From the NCBI GenBank assembly GCA_963668695.2, contig CAXXLQ010000004.1:2240001-2304000 (forward strand): a DNA stretch of 64,000 nt, read 5' to 3'. This document shows, piece after piece, positions 59,881 to 64,000 of this stretch. A program made the position numbers and the translations under genes. The notes under the pieces are model-generated. The model had not been told where the DNA came from, ran no database searches, and saw only the letters and a program-made list of their open reading frames with translations. The DNA is from Vicinamibacteria bacterium (lineage in GTDB: Bacteria > Acidobacteriota > Vicinamibacteria > Marinacidobacterales > Marinacidobacteraceae). The first letter of the stretch is position 1. Each line of letters begins with the position of its first letter.

Positions 59881-60864
59881 TCAGGCGCGCCGGCGCCGCG
59901 TGATCCTGGACAACTCGGGAGGGTCATTCGTGATCTGCAGCGTCTGGGTTTCGATTCCGTCCGCGTCAAGCCGGACGCCCGCGACCAGGGGGCCGTCGGT
60001 GACCCCGGCGGCGCAAAAGATCAGGCTCCTGCCAGGCGCCAGTTCCGTGGTGGTGAGTACGCGGCCCGGTTCCTCGACTCCCGTTTCTCGAAGTCGCTGC
60101 CTCTCGGCTTCGTTTCTGACGAGCAGCCTCCCCAGCATCCCGCCGCCGAGGCAGCGCAGGGCGGCGGCCGCGATCACCCCCTCCGGAGCGCCTCCGGACC
60201 CCATGGCCGCCTGGATTCCTGAACCCGGCGTCGCGCTCAGGATGCCGGCTGAGAGATCGCCGTCCCCGATGAGGCGGACACGGGCGCCGCTACGCCGCAG
60301 TCCGGCGATCAGGCCTTCGTGCCGGGACCGGTCGAGGACAACGACCGTGATCTCGCTCGCTGAACAGCCCTCGGCTTCGGCGATCGCCTGGACGTTCCGC
60401 TCTGGCGGGTGTTCGAGCCGGATCTCGCTGCCGAGCAGGTTCCGACTGGCCGCGCCCACCATGATCTTCTCCATGTAGATGTCGGGCGCGGTAAGCAGTC
60501 CGCCGCGCTCGGACCCGGCCAGCACCGAAATTGCCCCAGGCCCCCCGGTGGCGCACAGGTTCGTGCCCTCGAGCGGATCCACCGCAATGTCCAACTGCGG
60601 GGTGTCCTCGTCGCCGGCGCCGAACTCCTCTCCGCTCCACAGCATGGGAGCCTTGTCGCGTTCCCCTTCGCCGATGACCACCCGTCCGCGCACCGGGGCG
60701 GTATCCAGAATCCGGCGCATGGCGGAAACTGCCACCTGGTCCGAGTGGTGACGGTCTCCCTGTCCGATCGTGCGTGCGCAGGCGATGGCCGCCTCCTCGA
60801 CGGTGCGGATGAGGTAGGGGGCTACACCCCGGATTGGGATCTCGCCCGCTGCCTTCGTGCTCAA
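59881..60864 (-). CDS. glpX: Class II fructose-1,6-bisphosphatase
   Basis: VVIGEGERDKAPML, DIAVDPLEGT, APDIYMEK, LDRSRH, GGAPEGVIAAAA, GVTDG. Confidence 0.94.
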   Translation of the reverse strand: MSTKAAGEIPIRGVAPYLIRTVEEAAIACARTIGQGDRHHSDQVAVSAMRRILDTAPVRGRVVIGEGERDKAPMLWSGEEFGAGDEDTPQLDIAVDPLEGTNLCATGGPGAISVLAGSERGGLLTAPDIYMEKIMVGAASRNLLGSEIRLEHPPERNVQAIAEAEGCSASEITVVVLDRSRHEGLIAGLRRSGARVRLIGDGDLSAGILSATPGSGIQAAMGSGGAPEGVIAAAALRCLGGGMLGRLLVRNEAERQRLRETGVEEPGRVLTTTELAPGRSLIFCAAGVTDGPLVAGVRLDADGIETQTLQITNDPPELSRITRRRRA

Positions 60865-62105
60865 CGCTCGTCGGGTGCCGGGAGGGTGACCCGGATGGGA
60901 CGATCCCGCCGGTATCCCAGCGCGTAGTCGGCCTGCATCAGGGTGTGGATTTCCCGGGTTCCCTCGTAGATCACGGCGCCCTTGGAGTTCCGCCAGAAGC
61001 GCCCCACGGGGTACTCGTCCGAATAGCCGTAGGCACCGTGGATCTGAATGGCGTCCGATGCCGCCCTTTCGGAGGCGACGGTGGACACCCACTTGGCAAG
61101 TGAGGTCTCGCGGGTGTTTCGGCGTGCCCGGTTCTTCAGCTCTCCAGCGCGAAACCACAGTAGCCGGCTGACCTCGTAGTCGCGTTCCATGTTGGCGATC
61201 ATCTGCTTGACGAGCTGATATCGGCCGATCTCCTGACCGAAGGTTGTGCGGGAACGAGCCCACCGAACGCTCTCATCCCTGCAGGCCCGGATGAGTCCCG
61301 TCGCGCCGGCCGCCACGGTATAGCGACCCTGATCCAGAGCGAACATGGCGATCTTGAAACCCTCGCCCTCTTCGCCGAGCCGGTTCGCTGCCGGCACCCG
61401 GACATCATGCATGCGGAACCAGCCCGTGTTTCCTGCCCGAATCCCCCACTTGTGAGTCATGTTGCCCGACTCGAATCCGGGAAAGGAGCGCTGCACGATG
61501 AAAGCTGACAGGCCCGAGTGATCCCGCCGGGCCCTCTTGTCGGGATCCGTCCAGGCGATCACGAGGAAGTTGTCGGCGACCTCGGCCAGGGAGATCCAGT
61601 GCTTTTCGCCCGACAGCACGTAGTCTGACCCGTCGCGTCGGGCCGTCGCGCGGATGCCCACCGCGTCGCTCCCGGCGTCGGGTTCGGTCAGTCCGTAGGT
61701 TGCGATCTCGGTCCCTTCGGCTTGTGGCCGCAGGTAGCGCTCCTTCTGTGCCTCGCTGCCCCAGGCCAACAGCGACAGGGAGTTCAGTCCGGCGTGCACC
61801 GACATGATGACGCGCACCGAGGTGTCCACATATTCGAGTTCTTCGCAGGCCAGCCCGAGCGAGATGTAGTCCAGTCCCGCTCCCCCGTAGCGCTCGGGAA
61901 CCGAGATTCCCAGGATGCCGAGCTCTCCCAGTCCCTTGAGGATGCCGCGATCGAAGACCTTCGCGGCATCGTTTTCGCGGATGTGCGGCGCCACCTCGCG
62001 GGCAGCGAACTCGCGAACCAGAGACTCCGTCGCGCGGTGTTCTTCACTCAGATCGAAGTTCAGACGCTCAGCCAAATTCCTCTCGCCTTTCCCGGTTCTT
62101 TCCAT
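60861..62105 (-). CDS. Acyl-CoA dehydrogenase
   Basis: YGLTEPDAGSD, GEKHWIS, GEGFKIAM, IQIHGAYGY, IYEGTREIH. Confidence 0.93.
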   Translation of the reverse strand: MERTGKGERNLAERLNFDLSEEHRATESLVREFAAREVAPHIRENDAAKVFDRGILKGLGELGILGISVPERYGGAGLDYISLGLACEELEYVDTSVRVIMSVHAGLNSLSLLAWGSEAQKERYLRPQAEGTEIATYGLTEPDAGSDAVGIRATARRDGSDYVLSGEKHWISLAEVADNFLVIAWTDPDKRARRDHSGLSAFIVQRSFPGFESGNMTHKWGIRAGNTGWFRMHDVRVPAANRLGEEGEGFKIAMFALDQGRYTVAAGATGLIRACRDESVRWARSRTTFGQEIGRYQLVKQMIANMERDYEVSRLLWFRAGELKNRARRNTRETSLAKWVSTVASERAASDAIQIHGAYGYSDEYPVGRFWRNSKGAVIYEGTREIHTLMQADYALGYRRDRPIRVTLPAPDER

Positions 62106-62186
62106 CCCGCCCGCATCGCGCGGGCGGCGCGGAGCGCGGAGTATACGGGGATGTTCCAGGCTCGTCGTGCAGCTAGAGATGGGCGA

Positions 62187-63812
62187 TCAGATCCCGTTGG
62201 CGAGGGCGGCGGTCGCCGCTTCCGCCTCCGCCTTGCGTTTGCTGCCGCCGACTCCTCTGCCCAGCGCGCGCTGGCCGGCCAGGACTTCCATCACGTACGT
62301 CTTGTCGTGCTCCGGGCCACTCTCAGAGATGAGCCGGTAGACGGGTAGGCGTCCCTCCCTCTTCACGAGTGCCTCCTGGAGTGCCCCCTTCGGGTTGTCC
62401 GACGAGGCGGAGATCGGGGCTGCCTGTTTCTCGCTGATTTCGCGCTCGGAGCCGGAAGCCGATCCACTCCTCGTTCGGCTGCGCCTTCGATTGGCCTGCG
62501 TTTCGAGGTGTGCGAGCACCAGGCGCGCCGCATCCTTTTCGGCCTCCTTGAGACCGCTGCCGACTCCGGTTTCGACCAGTCCGTCGGCCAGCCGCAGGGT
62601 CACCGAGACCCTCCCGTCGCCCCCCGCGCTCCTGGGCCCGCGTTTCACTTCGTACCGAGGAGCTTCCTTGCCGGCCTGCGCGAGACGATTCTGGAGAAGC
62701 GTCTTCGGGTCCAGCAGTTCCAGGTCGGGGTTCTGAAGCTCTTCCAGGGCCTCTGCGAATGGCCGGCCGAGGGCTCGCCGGGCCGCTTTCAGGCTGCCGT
62801 CCACATAGAGCGCCCCCATGACCGCTTCTGCGGTCGCGACGGCTTCATCGCCGCCTCCGAGCGACCAGTGCCGACTCAATGTCCGGGTGAAGTCGGGGCT
62901 TTGGAACCTCATTCTGGCGAGGGTCATACGCCCTTCGTCCCACTCGGGGAAGTCGCTGTGGAGGACTTCCGCGAGCACCAGATGCATGACGTCGCGCCCC
63001 AGAAAGCGCAGCGCCTGCCGATTCGGAGTTCCGGCGGCAACCCCTCGGCCGCGTGAGCGCGGGGCCGGGCTGCGGCGTCTTCTCATTCGCCGCCTCTTGC
63101 CACGGCGACCCGCGGATTCGATGGCCCGGTTCGGGCCGTCTGCGTCGAGCGCCGCCAGCAGGATTCCGGGACGGGAAAAGGTGTACCCGAGCGCGCGCTC
63201 GACTCCCGTGCGAAGAAAGGCAGTGCGGCGGACGATCCGGACGCTGATCCGCCCCAGGGAGCGGAACGCTCCAGCCCCTCGACGCATCCATCCCGGAACA
63301 CCTTCCGGAGGCCTCAGCCGAAGCCTCTCCAGCTTTGTCCTGAACGCGGCGGCCAAGACACCTCGGGCGGCGGGCATGCCGCCGTCGAGATAAGCAGCCC
63401 CCAAAACGGCTTCAAAGACATTCGCCAGGATGCGATCCGAAGATCGCACCTCCTCGCCGGCGCTCCGCCCGCGGCCGACGCGAATTCCCTCGTCCAGCGA
63501 GAGGGTTCGGGCCGCCGAGGCGAGCGAGTGGTTGCTCACCAGCTCGGATTTGGTCTCCTGACGCCGTTGCCCGTCCCAATTCGGGCGCTGAAAGTGCATC
63601 GCCTCCGTGACGACGAGTCCAAGCGCGGCGTCTCCGACGAACTCCAGCCGTTCGTAGTCGGGCACCTCGTGATCATTTCGGTAGGAGCCGTGGGTCAGGG
63701 CCTCCTCCAGAAGGTCGATGTTCCGGAAGCGGTACCCGAGACCCCGGGCGAACTCCAGCACCGGACGATGGTCTGATGCCGGAGAGCGTCTTCGTCGTCT
63801 GCTTCGGGCCAT
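62187..63812 (-). CDS. rnc: Ribonuclease III with duplicated RNase III domain and two dsRBDs
   Basis: ALTHGS..YERLEFVGDA..EAVLGAAYLDGG; second LGYTF..QALRFLGRD..DEGRMT..EAVMGALYVDG; DPKTLLQ and NPKGALQE dsRBDs. Confidence 0.88.
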   Translation of the reverse strand: MARSRRRRRSPASDHRPVLEFARGLGYRFRNIDLLEEALTHGSYRNDHEVPDYERLEFVGDAALGLVVTEAMHFQRPNWDGQRRQETKSELVSNHSLASAARTLSLDEGIRVGRGRSAGEEVRSSDRILANVFEAVLGAAYLDGGMPAARGVLAAAFRTKLERLRLRPPEGVPGWMRRGAGAFRSLGRISVRIVRRTAFLRTGVERALGYTFSRPGILLAALDADGPNRAIESAGRRGKRRRMRRRRSPAPRSRGRGVAAGTPNRQALRFLGRDVMHLVLAEVLHSDFPEWDEGRMTLARMRFQSPDFTRTLSRHWSLGGGDEAVATAEAVMGALYVDGSLKAARRALGRPFAEALEELQNPDLELLDPKTLLQNRLAQAGKEAPRYEVKRGPRSAGGDGRVSVTLRLADGLVETGVGSGLKEAEKDAARLVLAHLETQANRRRSRTRSGSASGSEREISEKQAAPISASSDNPKGALQEALVKREGRLPVYRLISESGPEHDKTYVMEVLAGQRALGRGVGGSKRKAEAEAATAALANGI

Positions 63813-63813
63813 C

Positions 63814-64000
63814 TCAGTCCACCCGTATGAGAACCATCGTCAGATCGTCCGTGTGGGCCTCGGCCCCGGTGAAGTGCTGGACCGCGTCTTCCACGTTCCG
63901 TTGCAGGGCCGCCGGTGGCAGTGCTGCACCGTCTTCCAGGAGCCGCATGAGCCTTTCCTCCCCAAACATGTCGGATTCGGCGTTCATCGCTTCGGAGACG
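63814..64000 (-). CDS. SpoIIE/PP2C-type phosphatase, 3' end (partial)
   Basis: Manual translation VSEAMNAESDMFGEERL...FTGAEAHTDDLTMVLIRVD. Confidence 0.85.
   Translation of the reverse strand, partial: VSEAMNAESDMFGEERLMRLLEDGAALPPAALQRNVEDAVQHFTGAEAHTDDLTMVLIRVD

Overview
High-GC bacterial chromosomal segment, probably Acidobacteriota (inferred from GWxTD, SpoIVB-S55 plus beta-propeller, VPS10-like and FecR/DUF6600-like genes). Housekeeping genes: hflX, rsgA, tRNA-Thr, tRNA-fMet, pheST, a rearranged his cluster, mtaB, nrdJ with NrdR boxes, glpX and rnc. These are mixed with many secreted proteins, including three matrixin-like metalloproteases. Intergenic DNA is dominated by several hairpin-rich repeat families: a MITE-like family at 12 loci that mostly starts exactly at stop codons, REP/REPIN elements, a second covarying hairpin repeat and a 1.5 kb mosaic array. 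Main candidates for novelty: (1) an 18-bp module, CCAGTTCTCCCGGTGGGG, inserted at several sites, in both orientations and in tandem, into two unrelated repeat families and in frame into hflX; (2) a DCC1/DUF393 oxidoreductase with an in-frame TGA at the CxxC cysteine followed by a SECIS-like hairpin, i.e. a candidate selenoprotein missed by the ORF track; (3) an RNase III with two nuclease domains, one apparently dead, and two dsRBDs; (4) a duplicated matrixin plus Cys-partner cassette between hisZ and hisG. All calls are by-eye motif recognition; no database searches were run.
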